Below, piece by piece: positions 10,240-22,725 of a stretch of DNA of 64,000 nucleotides. Position numbers and translations under genes: made by a program. The stretch lies in the NCBI GenBank assembly GCA_047495785.1, contig JBLDXI010000015.1:4650001-4714000 (forward strand), in the 5' to 3' direction. This DNA comes from Lepidodermella squamata (Eukaryota; Animalia; Gastrotricha). The notes beneath the pieces were generated by a model. It saw only the letters and a list, made by a program, of their open reading frames with translations, was not told the DNA's origin and searched no databases. How positions within the stretch are numbered: position 1 is the first letter of the stretch; every line of letters begins with the position of its first letter.

Positions 10240-13200
10240 TCACATGATGGCCTGATGATGCTGGGGGGTTGATTTTCGCGACAACAACGCCGCGAAATCA
10301 AAGTGTTGCGAGGCTATAGTCAGCCGGTCTTCGTACTCTGTCTCGCCGTCGTCCGACCGCGAGTCGTCGCGCACCGAGCACGACATCAACACGCGAATGA
10401 GCTTAGTCGACGGCGACAGCGTAGGCAGTCGCCACGCCAGCCGCGCCAAAACCGCCGGCAGTCTCGGCTGCTCACGGGCCGACAACAGCGATATAGAAAT
10501 CGACGGAGATGCCGAGTAGTCGAAAATCGGCGCGCCCAGCATCAACGCATCGTCGCCGTCCAGCTCAACGGCTATTACCGGGTCGACCAGTCTAGGCATA
10601 ACAACACTACCGCCATCGGTCGAATCGTCGATCAGCCGGCCCTGGGTGATGTCAATTACAACAAATACAACCAATGTATTAGAGACTAGAGTGGTCTCCA
10701 GCGAGAATTCAGCGCCAAAAGCGGCGGTCTTGTTGGCGATTGACGACGAAGAAAGACTAGCACCGTCGAACACATCGCGCTTTTCACTTGAGTCTGCTAA
10801 AGAGATTTCGCAGAGTTTCTCCTCCAAGGTAGAGATTCTGTTTAGAACGGCTTTACTGTCGCCATCAGGTGGCCGGAAAATGAGTGGTTTTATCGATTTG
10901 AAAGTAGCACCGCAGAGTAGACCGACAGCTGAGTCGAATAAATTTACCGAGGCCCGAACGAAATGAATGTGAGCGCCCGCTTCAAAGTCTGCTGTATGTG
11001 GAATGTCCTGAAATTCATAAAAGAAAAGAAAATATCACCTACAGCGTGTCCCAGAAGTTGCGAAACTATTTTTCAACTATTCTGGCAACTTTTATAGGAA
11101 ATTCAACTAATTTTATTAAATTAGAATATTCCATCTTTTATCCGCGATTTAACCGAAGAAATAAAAAATGTACCGGAGAAAACCCGGAAAATCCCGATGA
11201 TAACTATTTCGGTAATTTTCGATATTATACCCGGTTGGGCCAAAATTATCCGGTCTCTTTCAACCCCATTAACAAAAGACATGCTTGATTACTATTCTTG
11301 TGATTTTTTTTGAAATTTTCAAAAATTTGTCTGGCCATGAGATGGACTTTTCATCTCTCATTTTAGAGTTTCCGTGTATTTTTCCATGTATTTTCTTTGC
11401 TTGCGTTACCTATGGGATAAGCTATATTAATTAATGACAAAATTAGGGCAACTCACAAGTCTGAAAGCGACATCATTCTCAGTATTTGGAAATAGGGTCA
11501 AGTTATTTTCACTCTGTAGCACCACGATTTCTTCGAATTCTCGCGAGCCATTAGCATCGATGGCGGTCGAGACCTCAGGCCGGAAAGGAGGCTGGTTCAC
11601 GTGGTGGTGGCCCCCGTTTTCCATAGGATGGTCGTCATCGCCAAATGAATCGTAAGACCGGCGGCCGTAGTAACCGGACGGCCTCAGCACACTAGCAATT
11701 CGAAGAACGACTTCAACCGAACACTGATCGACCGGCTTAACAAATAGCGATCTGATTTTCAGATTAATTAACGCTGAGAATGAATTTGCCACCGGAGAGA
11801 GACTGATGCTGGAACAGGTGAAAAGGAAACTGCCAGATAGCATCGTACCAAGAGACTTTGTCGCCGCGACTTGTTGACTCAACGCGACCAGTTCTTCGTC
11901 AACATCACACAATTGAGAGTAAGCTTTAAGGTGGAGCAGCGCCCATATTCTTCGTCTCAATAGCTGATGCTCTTGACTAGTAGATGACTCGCTGACAATG
12001 TAGCACTCTCGTAACAAAAGTTTTAAGGCGGCTACCGCTAGATTCGAGCAACGAGAAGACAACCAAGCACCTATGCAGTCGAGCAGCAAAGGCTCGGCGG
12101 CGGTTTGAGCTGAGTAAGGCAACTTACAGCCGTTATTAGCGGCTTCTAGATAGATCTCAGCCAACTCGAATGCAACTTGCCGGGACCATCGCCTCATGGA
12201 AGATGCCTTCAACGTGGCGAGAAGAGATTCTGATAACTCGATCAAGGCACTGACAAAATTATCAGGCGTTGAACTGGTCAATAACCGGGCTAATTTATCG
12301 GAGTGAGATTCTGGCCTCGCTGGTACATCACCGTTTTTCGCAGCACTTCGATACCGCAACAACTGGAGAATAGAAACAGTGGCTTGGAGACACTCGGACT
12401 CATCTTTCACCGCGGTCAAAAACCCTGATTGCCTACCCAGGCGAGACAAGGCCTTTAAAGCGTGATGTCCCAACAAATTCACATCCACCGGGCTTTGAGA
12501 CGACGGCGCTGAGATTGACGACGAGGCTAATACTTGGCACGCGGCGGCTGTTTCGCTGAATAAAACAAAAATAAACGCGTCGGTGACACTTTGCGGCGAC
12601 GGATGAGTGACCTTGGCGCCAATCGACAGTTGGCGAGACTCAACTACGACACTGTGTGCGACTTGAAGCGCGTAACTTGCCAGCCGGTTCGCGGCAGCAG
12701 ATGGCTTCAACCGGGTCGGAATAAACTCGGATGCCGCCGCCATTCGAAATATGACAGCGGCTTGCCTGGCCAGTAGCTCCGCCCGCGTCTCAATCAAAGG
12801 GTGCTTCCCGCTTTCTAACATCATCAACGGGCATGGCGAGGTCGGCCAATCACTCTCAACACCTGGAACTAGTCGCACGCAGTCGATATGAGACGGCGAT
12901 TGAGCGAGACATTCGTCAATCCACACAGCTATCGGCCGACCGGCGTGGCAAAAGCAATTTGCTGCCGATTGGGAGATAACCGCGTCGATCAAGTCAAGCC
13001 GAGCTAACGCATCGTCGAATAGAGAAAGAGCTGCGTAACCTCTCGCAACTGCCTCCTCGAGTAGGAACATGTTGGCGAAGTACAACCGCTCGTCACTAGC
13101 GCCTTTTAAGGGGGCTGCGGCCATAGCGGCTCGGCAGCACCGTTCTCGCTCAACACGAGCGACTTCTTCAATCCTCCTCACTCGTTCTATCGCTTGAATC

Positions 13201-13915
13201 GCGAGCAAGGAATGTAACGAAGCCGATAACCGTTCACAGGCAAACGGGTCCAGCTCAAGCCGGTTATTGTAGGGCTGGAATGAGAAGCAATGCACGTTTC
13301 GATTCGCATTATTCAACCCGCGAATTTTTTCACTCAGCTGCTGCTGCGCTCGATTTGTGGTCGAAATCAAGGACGTGATTTGCGATTGAGGCTCGACGTG
13401 TAAAATTACGAGACCGGTCAGATCGATTCGGTTGACCGGGCATTCGGGGGTCGGGACACTGGCGTCTAACCACGACTCGATGCGCGACTTGACCGTATCC
13501 CACTTTATAGTATCCGCGTCTGAAATCGTGAGCCAGTATAACCGTAACAAAGGCGGGCCGATAACTGACAGCCATGCGGCCTGTTTCTTCGCTGAGGAAC
13601 CAACGAGGAGCCACGTTGGAGACGGTTTGTCCGGCAGCATCTCAATCCGAAACGAGACGTATCGCTGAACTCCATCGGCAAATAAACTGGAATGACAATA
13701 CTAAGTTATGCTAAAAAAATAGCAAAATTGCACCCACGCGTATGGAGCGGCTGTTCCGTTTAAGGTGGCGCAAATTCGCTCTTTCCACGTGATGAACGAC
13801 GCTATATCACCGCTGACTGCACAAAATTAATGAGTTATTTAGTATAATAGGCCCTTCCCATATTCAGCGTATTCAGCTCACCTGAGACAGTAAAAACATC
13901 TCCACCTGCCATCAT
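10240..13915 (-). CDS. TRAPPC10: Trafficking protein particle complex subunit 10 (TRAPPC10/Trs130), divergent, 4 exons
   Basis: PLLRLYWLTISDADTIKWDTVKSRIESW resembles PFLHIYWTECCDTEVYKATVKDDLTKW; FANMFLLEEAVARGYAALSLFDDALARLDLIDAVISQ resembles FCEYFMVQEELAFVFEMLQQFEDALVQYDELDALFSQ. Two small 5' exons from ATG 13915; intron 11008-11456 joins the last exon in frame. Confidence 0.8.
11040..11426. mobile_element. Decayed Tc1/mariner-like MITE inside the last TRAPPC10 intron
   Basis: Left end TACAGCGTGTCCCAGAAGTTGCGAAA; reverse complement of right end TATAGCTTATCCCATAGGTAACGCAA (18/26 identical). TA at both ends; accounts for the unusually long 449-nt intron. Confidence 0.55.
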
Positions 13916-14712
13916 GTGATCATTGAGAATTATAATTTCTAAAACGACAAAAAGAACCGCTATTCGAAAACAGTATCAACGTTTATTTGTTTTGCTCGAT
14001 CTCTTCCTTCGCAATATATATATATTTATATAATATGTATAACAGTTCATTTTATATACAGTCATATAACATTATCATATAATTCCAAGTCAACAAACAA
14101 CAGGCCATGAATATCGGTCACTTATTGCGTTGGCACATGTAAACTTGAAGAAACTGACGAATATTGAGGACGAGGAATGAACGAATACGATAGGTCAATT
14201 TGTCATTTCAAAATTCAGCAATTCATACAGCCGTAAATACTGATACTTGAAAAATCAGAACACAAAGCACCCAGTGTTAAAACAAGCAACATTTCATGAT
14301 ACGAGAAATAAAAAACATTCGAAATTGCATATCAAAAGACTCGCAATTTTTACATCCTCGGTTTTTGGTAGAAATTGAGAACGAAAAGCAGGGTTGCAGC
14401 CAACGCTTCATTTTCAACACGCGCACACGCAAGACACGCAGATCGGAATGCGAAAAATTCCTCATCATACGCAAAATAAATAATATTATTATAAAAAAGA
14501 TGCGACCGCCTAGTCAAAAAATCAAAACGTATCTTGCATCGCATCAATACTGGTATAATATTTACAAAATACTATGCCGAGTTGAATTTTGCTCACTATC
14601 AAATTGGTAAATAATTTCATCAGAGGCGGGCGGACTCGCGGATAACTTCAAATGAAAAGCATTAAAATTTGAAGAGTAACTGAATAATAATTTTGAATCA
14701 AACAAGCGTCTA

Positions 14713-17700
14713 TCATACAGTGCTGTCGCCTATGGTCGGTTTCTGCGTCAACACTATGCTGCCGGCGTTACTTGGTTGCGAGGGAGCAGCATTGTGAGGG
14801 TATCGCATCACCAATTGTTGAAATTGTTGAGTACTTGCTGGATTGGGTCTCTGCAAAAAAATTAACATTATTAATGAGCCTGAACTCAAAATGTCTCCTT
14901 ATTTCATCTAAATTTTGTTTAAATGAAAGCACTTGGTGAGGTCAAAACTGTTTCCCTTTGCTCCGCTGGACATCTGATATCTAAAATAACTCACTTCGGA
15001 CAGTTGAGGCACGATCTCGTCGAAAATTTGCCGCTCATTCAAATCATCAGCGTCAGCAAACGTCCGCTGGATTTGTTTTCTCCGGACAAACAATCGCCAG
15101 CGCTCGACGGCTCTCCGCGCCAGGGCCATTCGGCGTTCGCGACTTGCGCGTCGCCGTTTGTAGGCGAGTTCAGCGCCGAGAAGCAGGCACCCGGCGCCGA
15201 TACCGCCTACGACCAGCATGAACACGCCGGCCATGTTGCCGAGACCGAGCGTAGCCGGCACGGACTCTTTGCCAACGCAGCGGGCGCCCCGTCGGAAAAT
15301 GTACTTGTTGTCGAGCTTCTCCATATCGCCTCGCTCGTGGAACGACAAAATCGCAATATTCACGTCTTGCATCCACGGAGAGTGCTTAGGTAGCCCGACA
15401 GCATAACCACTCCTCCCGAACACCTCGCCTGCAGTCACCAGTTCGCAGTCTAAAAATCGACATTAAACGTTAAAAAGGATTAAAAGAGAATATTATCTAA
15501 TTACTGTGTGCAGCTTCGTAATAAAGGCGACTTGAATCCCAAATAAATGCATGCAACCGGCCGTTGACAACATCACGTATCGCATCGTCCGGGTTATCGT
15601 AATTTCCATTCGCTTCCATCGTCCGGAAAATTGTGGCGAGTTCAGCTTGGCTCCGGAAGTAGTTTGCCACTGCTGAGTTGCGCACAGTAGCAAATCTGAA
15701 CTGCTCGGTCGGATTTCTCAGACGCTAAAATTATACAGATAATAACGCTGTTTAAGGGTGAATTCATGAACCTACCGGATCTGTGATACCAGTTATAGAA
15801 GCTTCTGGTCGGTCCAACACAAGGAAAGCGGCAAGACTAGAGAAAAAATTAGAATTAAAACATATTTAAGGAGGTTTTCGTCTTCTGACTAACTTGGCAG
15901 TGTATGAAGCTACGATGATCATCGCGAAGCCGGCCCATACTATGCCGAGTACACGAGCAGAGAAGGACCGTGGCGTGCCTTCACCAATGCCAGAATTGAG
16001 CAAAACACCCCAAGCGAACCAGACAGCGGTCGATAGGTTGAGGGCGTCTTCTTCCGCGTCGTCTTGAGCTGCGAGCTTGAAGCGTCCGAAAGGCGAGAAT
16101 CGGTCGAACAGGTACAGAAAAGCAGCGACCACGTGGACCGCCACAAAAACTAGCAGCCAGAGCGATTTCTCGAAAGGCTGCAGAAATGATCCGAGACTTG
16201 AGTCCTTGGCAGTTTTTCGAACTAAAATGGTCATCCCTTGGTACTTGAACGGTTTAGAAAAATCTACGGCATCGGCCCGCTCGGGCGTGACGACAAAAGG
16301 CGCGACGATCATGTCGGCTTTGCTGCGCAGCAACTCGCCCACCATGCCGTCCCACTCCTGCTCGCCACTCGTCTGATTCACCACGATATCGCCATGCCGG
16401 CCGTCAGGGCTCAGCGACAGCTCGTAGGAAACATTCAACGCGCCGGCTAACATTTGAACCAACTCAACTACGTAGCCTTTACAGCAGAGTAATTCGTAGC
16501 GATTCGAGTCGTCAGACGTGCGTTTTGCTTCTGCGGACGAAACCGGCCCGGCTGACTGATCCTGCGCGGTTAACCGCCTCCGACACAGCACGATAGGCTC
16601 AGGATCGTCGCCCTCCGCCTGCGGATTGGCTAGGGCGGAACAGTTTGGCTGAGCATCGGGCCCGCTTTGAGTATTGGGCGGTAGCGGCATCGCTGTCATG
16701 AAAGGCTTTTCAGCAATACTGACCACGCGGATGTGCTGCGCTAGTCTACGACCCTTCGGCCGCTGCCGGCTGCCACCCGGCCAGATGATTTCGTCATGAA
16801 ACAAACGCAGCCGTTCGACACCTTTGCCCGTCTCATACGCGCCGACCGAGACGAGCCCGGTGCCGGACGATGACGCGCTGCTGTCGGCTATCGTCACCAC
16901 CTCGGCATTGTTGTCATTCAAATTATCGGGTGCGGTGTTGAGAACATCGTAACGAGCCGATATTCGATCGCCGAACTCGTTCATCTCCAATCGACCCGTT
17001 CTCGCACCGAGCGGTAGGCCAACATTAGGCTCGCGAGAGTCTTCGAGTCGCACGCCTCTTATAGACGCGAGTAGGTGAGGCGCTAGTCGCAGCCACCTGT
17101 CGTCAAGTGGCGTCGATACGCAACCGGCTGGGGGTCGTAATTGGGCTAAGTCATCAGGCGACTCGCGCCTGAATTTCGAATCGAATTCAATAAGGCCTTT
17201 CGTGGCCAAAGCTAATGCATCGAGTAACAGCTCCGTATTGGACCGGCCGAATTGCAGTTGACCCGCGAGAAGACCGGACGGTCTACTGGGGGCGCTTAGA
17301 GCCGGCTCTGAGACCAGCCAAACGGATGTTGCATCAAACAAATCGGCTGTGCTTCCGCTTAGGAACAGCGCAGTGGCTTCTTGCGTACTGTTCAAAAAAC
17401 ACCTTAAATTATCATTTCGTTTTTTTCGCTCGAGGAACTCACGTTAGATAGGCGAGAAAAACTCGAGTATGTAACACCGCTAGGGTGGATACAACTGAAG
17501 ACATATTCGCTTCCGGAACTACGCTTATCACCCGTTCGAGCTATTGGGATAAAATTTCAATTAGTTTTTTCCGTCCTCATTTTCATTGATCGATCACAAC
17601 GAACCTCTGACGGTACATCAAAAGCAACACGAACAACAAATGACATGCAAGACTCTGACAACATTGAAACGGTAACACCATGGTGACAATGAGCATTGAT

Positions 17701-18392
17701 TTTTCGGCGGCGCAACTTACATTAATGCCGAGTTCGGAAGCCCGTGTTTGTAAATAGGCAAGAAAAATGCGCCCGTCCTGTGAAGCCGAGTGAATGAGAT
17801 TAGCGTTTTGGAATCCTAGTTTTGAGAGCAATCGCAGCCACAGGTCAGCCTGCTGTAGCTGCGCGGGAACGACGCGCATGAGGTACTCGTGGGAATTCTG
17901 TATTATGCATCGAAAACAATGATTAATTAATCAACCGGTGAATCGGCAATTAGATCCGCGTCGTACCTTATCACTGAATACGTTCTGCCGCGCTGAAGTA
18001 GAAATGACTGGAATTTTGTAAAAACCGTAAGTGAAAGAAGCAGTAGCAGTGACAATTTCGTCGTCCGGCCGCAGCGCGACAATGGCGGCGTGCGGCGGCT
18101 GGCGCGACATCACGTCGCACATGTGCTCGACGAAGCGGATCGGGTTGTCGCCCGACACGATGGCCGGCACGGCGTTGATCGCGATGCCGGCATTGGTGCG
18201 CTGCAGGTAGGCGTTGAACGTCGGCACTGCCTCTTCGACGACGCGACGATCGTCCGTCGACGAGATCAGCACGCTGATCGTGTAGGCGGTCGGTCCCGAG
18301 GCAGCGCAGAGCTCGATGACAACGAACAGTTCGAACAGATAGTTGATCAAACAATGTTGGAGTTTGCCAATACAGAACGTAAATGGAATCAT
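14713..18392 (-). CDS. GRIN1: NMDA-type ionotropic glutamate receptor subunit 1 (GluN1/Nmdar1), about 8 exons
   Basis: FTYGFYKIPVI, FSDK, CCKGYVVEL, WDGMVGELL, FSKPFKYQG, SFLQPF, DRFSPFGRFKL, WFAWGVLLNSGIGEGTPRSFSARVLG, SYTAN|LAAFLVLDRP (split by an intron), AFIWDS, GEVFGRSGY, NMAGVF. Last exon ends ...IGDSTV-stop at 14713. Start codon approximate. Confidence 0.95.
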
Positions 18393-18791
18393 AAAAACAC
18401 CTAAAAATAAGCAGAAAAAACCACCTTAAAACCAACTGCTATCAAACACTTTAGTTGAGAACTATTAACAGAGGCGGCTGTGATAAGTATTTACAGCACA
18501 GAGTTGATCGTCAAACGTATATTACCAAGTGATCGCAACTCGGAAAAGCGCACGCAGAAATTTGTATTTTGTTGAAACGTAATACCTTCAGTCACGTTCG
18601 AATGCAGCGAGTTGAGAAACCGAAAACACAAACAACAAGATCACTTCGCAATATATTTACACAATGTTGCAAATGATCGCCTCGATAATCGCGCACGAGT
18701 AAAAAGATTATTATTTGTATTTGCAGACTAAATTTTCGTTCGCGAAAGTAAAGACGAGTCAAAATGTCATTCCACACATGCAACTTGGCGA

Positions 18792-20924
18792 TTACTTTTG
18801 CCAGTAGCTTTCCATGTCGGCATCCAGACTCTGCTTCGATGGCTGGCCGCCGCGATTTTGGTTGTTATTAGGGCCACGGCCCGATCGATTACCTCCACGA
18901 CCACGGCTGATTAAGTAAAACTAGCTTAGTTTCGAGGATAATTTTTTCTTGCAATTTTTTACCGTCCACCACGATTGTTCTGGTTCTGTTGCCGCTGGTT
19001 TTGATTTTGCTGTTGACCAGCGCTAAAATATCGAACGTTTTGCTGGGCTATATTTGGTGGGAAATAAATCAATAAGGCACCAAATTGCATGGTTTATTTT
19101 GGCAAACGAACCACTTCCGCCTCGCTTGCCGCCGTTATTATTTTGTCTTCCATTAATCTGCTGTTGCTTCTGTTGTTTAGGCTGTTGTTGCTTTTGAGGC
19201 GAGCCTTGCTTTGGGCCCAAGCGCTGGCTCAGCGACAGTCTTTTAGCTCCCAGACGACCAGCGAGCAAAGACTTGCCTCGCTGGCGATTAGGGCTCTTCA
19301 TCGGGCTTTTATTAAATCCACCTTAAAATGATTAATTCAAGTATTTTTTTCAGATTCAGATCGGTTATGTCCACTTACCAAGACTCCGACGTTGACCAAC
19401 TGGTGCTGATGCAGCACCGAGGGGCCCGCGCCCACGGGCAGGCTGTCCGGGTTTACCACCGAGACGCTGCAAGACACTTCGCTGAAAATTAAGATAACGT
19501 CAACTTAAGACCTTGATGTTATCATCCAAGTTACTTACTTTCTTCAATTTCTGCGCCGCCACGCGGGCAGCAGTAGGACGGGCAAGCATTTGTTGGGCTA
19601 GCCTGCGGTTTTGTGCAGAGGCCTTGCGTAAAATGGCCTGAGCAGCGCGCTGCTCCTGGATCGACTGGGGCGAACGCATCTGCCCCTTCAACGGCGACCT
19701 CTGCATCATTTGCTGTTGACCTCTACGACCACCGCCCGGGCTACTACGAGCACGACCTCCGATGACACCAATAGGGGCGCCGCCGTTCCCACTGCGCTGC
19801 CTGGCCGCCGCCATTTTACTGGCGAAAACAAGTGCACTGCTGTCAATTGAGCCACCGCCTCCGAAATTCATCTGCGGCGGCGACATCCAGCCAGCACTGT
19901 TCACGCGGACTTGTTGTTGCGGCGGCTGCGGTTGCTGGACAGGAAACGTCGCCTGGGCAGACTGGCGAGCCGACGACAACATAGCAAAACTTGACGGTGA
20001 ATGAACACAACGAAATGTAGATGATCATCATGTTGAAACAGGAAACGGTTGAGCAGATAGTTTGAAGATACAGGTATAAACATAAAGGCGGCGCTTTTGT
20101 ATCTTTTTCATCATCATCATCATCATGAATTCTCTAGGCCAAGTTGCGCAGCTTTTGAGGTAGCTGTGTGAGCAGTCGCGGCGGTCAACAATTAAGTAGA
20201 AACGAGTGTCAATTCGTTAAATGCTGGTTGTTTTAGCTCTCATGTGAAATAAAATCACAGCAAAACAAACGCCCATTGTTTCTGGCGCAGTTATTTGCCT
20301 TTCGTTCCATTTAAAATGAAACGTTATTTGCATAATTACAAGGCACTTTTTCGGCTGTTTGAACAAATTTCAGGCGCTTTTCCAGCGAAAAATACCCGCG
20401 AAAACAATTCGCGATATAATGAATGAAACAACCACGGAAATTCGCGATCTTTCAGCCAGGAAGAGCTGACGTCTTCGCCAATCAGGCAGTTCCGGATTTC
20501 GTTTCGTCATTACATATACATGCACGGCGCCGAGATCAGCCGTGATGTTCATTAAAGCAATTTTCACCCACGAGGCCTCAACAACCGGGTTACGACTACC
20601 GCTTATATCACTTTCGAGAGGACGCATTCAGCTGGTTAAAATATTAGACCTTCCCACGTCAGACACAGTTCTCCTGCTCCACTCGCAGCAATGTGCGTGT
20701 GACCGGCGATGTGGGGGCACATGATGAAGTAATTCGCTGAAAAACGACTGATTAATCTAATGCTAGTCCTACATACGGCAGCTCGCTCAGCTTCGCGTAT
20801 TTCTTATCCGGCTCTTGCTATATATACATACGAAAAAAGAAGAAATTAATTCATACCGTTCGTTGAGGGACATGTTCGTCGGTTTTGAATTCAAATTGCG
20901 GACTATTTGCTGCAACGACGCCAT
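18792..20924 (-). CDS. CHTOP: Chromatin target of PRMT1 (CHTOP/FoP), mRNA export co-adaptor
   Basis: Exon 20924-20857 encodes MASLQQIVRNLNSKPTNMSLNER and splices to FAML at 19989 (human KMSLNERFTNML). ASAQNRRLAQQM..RP, SVLQRLG and LSQRLG repeats, RG-rich part, C-terminal PSKQSLDADMESYWQK (FoP/UAP56-binding motif). Not seen as one ORF in the track. Confidence 0.85.
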
Positions 20925-21842
20925 TTGTTGATGATAGCCGACCGACCCGAAAAATGCAATGAGCGTGTGTATAAAAGAGCCTAAAGTGTAAATGAGTCAT
21001 AAACAGCGGGTACAATATCATCATCATCATATCCGTTATCGTCGAGAAGCCACAAGACATTTCATTGAAGCAATCAAAGAGAGAAATCGATTGTGAACGA
21101 AAGATACAAAATCGATGGTACCCACACTAGTTAAACGACACGATGAATCTTGCGGTGGCTATGGCGGGTGCCATTGTAGTATGGAACATAAGTAATAGCG
21201 GTTTTAGATCGCAGTAATAGCAGTAGCGAAGAAGTCAGCTTATTGAGCCGCTGGCAGAAGTTCGAGAATCGATACAAATTTGCATCTAAAAAGCAAATAA
21301 TGGTCCTACGACAAATCATCAGCAAGTGAACGTCAAATGAGCGCCGTTTCTAATAAATTGGCATCGAATAAATTGCATTTTCACGGCATAAACAACATTA
21401 GCTGGTGGGCGCATATCTCCACGTCGAAAGTGTTATTCTATTTCATCCATCTCTAATAACCAATAACCAATAATCAGTATATTAGAATTTCTATTCCGAT
21501 CCGCGGACACTAGTAATAGCAGGAAAGAATAGATTCGATAGCTCCCGCGCCGCAAGTGTCGCTACTGCGGACAAAGCAATGCATCCGAAATTATCAAATA
21601 TATTGTAAATATAACAGATCAGGCACTTTTTAATTTTCAAGCACTTTATGAACTGGAATGACGCACCAAATGATTGTATACCGGAAGCATACTTTTCTAT
21701 AGAAAGATGACTATATAAATTTTTAGGGTATGCTAAGCAAACCCACAGTAAAATATCACTTTGACATAAAGGCTCGATATAAAAGGCAGAGGAGATTTAC
21801 AAGATCTACACAATAATGCAGTAAGTCGTTGTTTCATAGAAA

Positions 21843-22725
21843 TCAGTTGGCCATTGAGATCGGGGTAATGTTGAATGAAAACGTGCGCGTATTTGCGATT
21901 TTGGGATTGAGCTTCGACTTTCGAGATGACTTTGGAGCGTAGTGAGCATAAACGTCTTCGTCGGCTGGACAAGAGCGAGTAAAGATTTCACTGTTGTAAC
22001 CCGCGCTCAAGTAGCGCCACACGTGAACCAGATCGGCAGGAATGTCAAAATCTTTGAAGGCTTTCCCGGCAACTCTTACGTGATGGAGGCGAGGCAGCAA
22101 CAGGCAGTCGACAAATCCCATCGTATCCGATAGGGCGTAAGTGCACGCTTGGTCAGCCAAAAACGCATCAAGTTGCCTCAGCACTTTCACAAGCGCAGAC
22201 GAATCATCGTGAGGGTCCGATAAAAAGATGTTTAGTTTCTACAAAATGATGCCTAATAGCTACGGAGAAAACATAATACCAAACAAGACTTACCGTTTTC
22301 AGACTGAGAAATTTCTCAGCCTCCGCTTGGTCGGCAGTAGTTTTGCAAGCACGCATTTCAGGTAATGCGAACGAATCAATGAATCGGTCAATGTCGTCGC
22401 AGTGAGCAAGAACATCTCCCTGAAAGTATAATAGCCATTAGAAGCACATAATCGAGTTTGAGATTCAGATTACCGCTCGTGGTCCTTGTAAAATATGCAC
22501 AACAGGAAGAGAATTTCCCACATTCAGGGCCACGTAATCTTTCGGTGGAGATTCCGAGCTGATAGTGACTACCTCGTGAAGGATCAATCGGTCAGCCCGA
22601 TCCAACAGCTGAAACGCCATGAAGTATTGCTGATCAACTGGATTGGCGTCGATGCTGCGTTTGTCGAGCGTCGATGCTTTGACGTAAAGGTCGATTACTG
22701 TTTTGTCCTTATCCATGTACTCCAT
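21843..22725 (-). CDS. CLIC: Chloride intracellular channel (CLIC/EXC-4-like, GST fold), 3 coding exons
   Basis: IDLYVKASTLDKRSI, QQYFM, PPKDY, LPVV, LRQLDAFL, DTMGFVDCLLLPRLHHVRVAGKAFKDFDIP..L..VWRYL...Y....F..SCPADEDV..HY. Confidence 0.92.

Noticed and set aside
14981-14994. Apparent 14-nt GTGAGTTATTTTAG micro-intron in GluN1
   Set aside because: Far below the intron size seen elsewhere in the window; the donor is better paired with the acceptor at about 14851.
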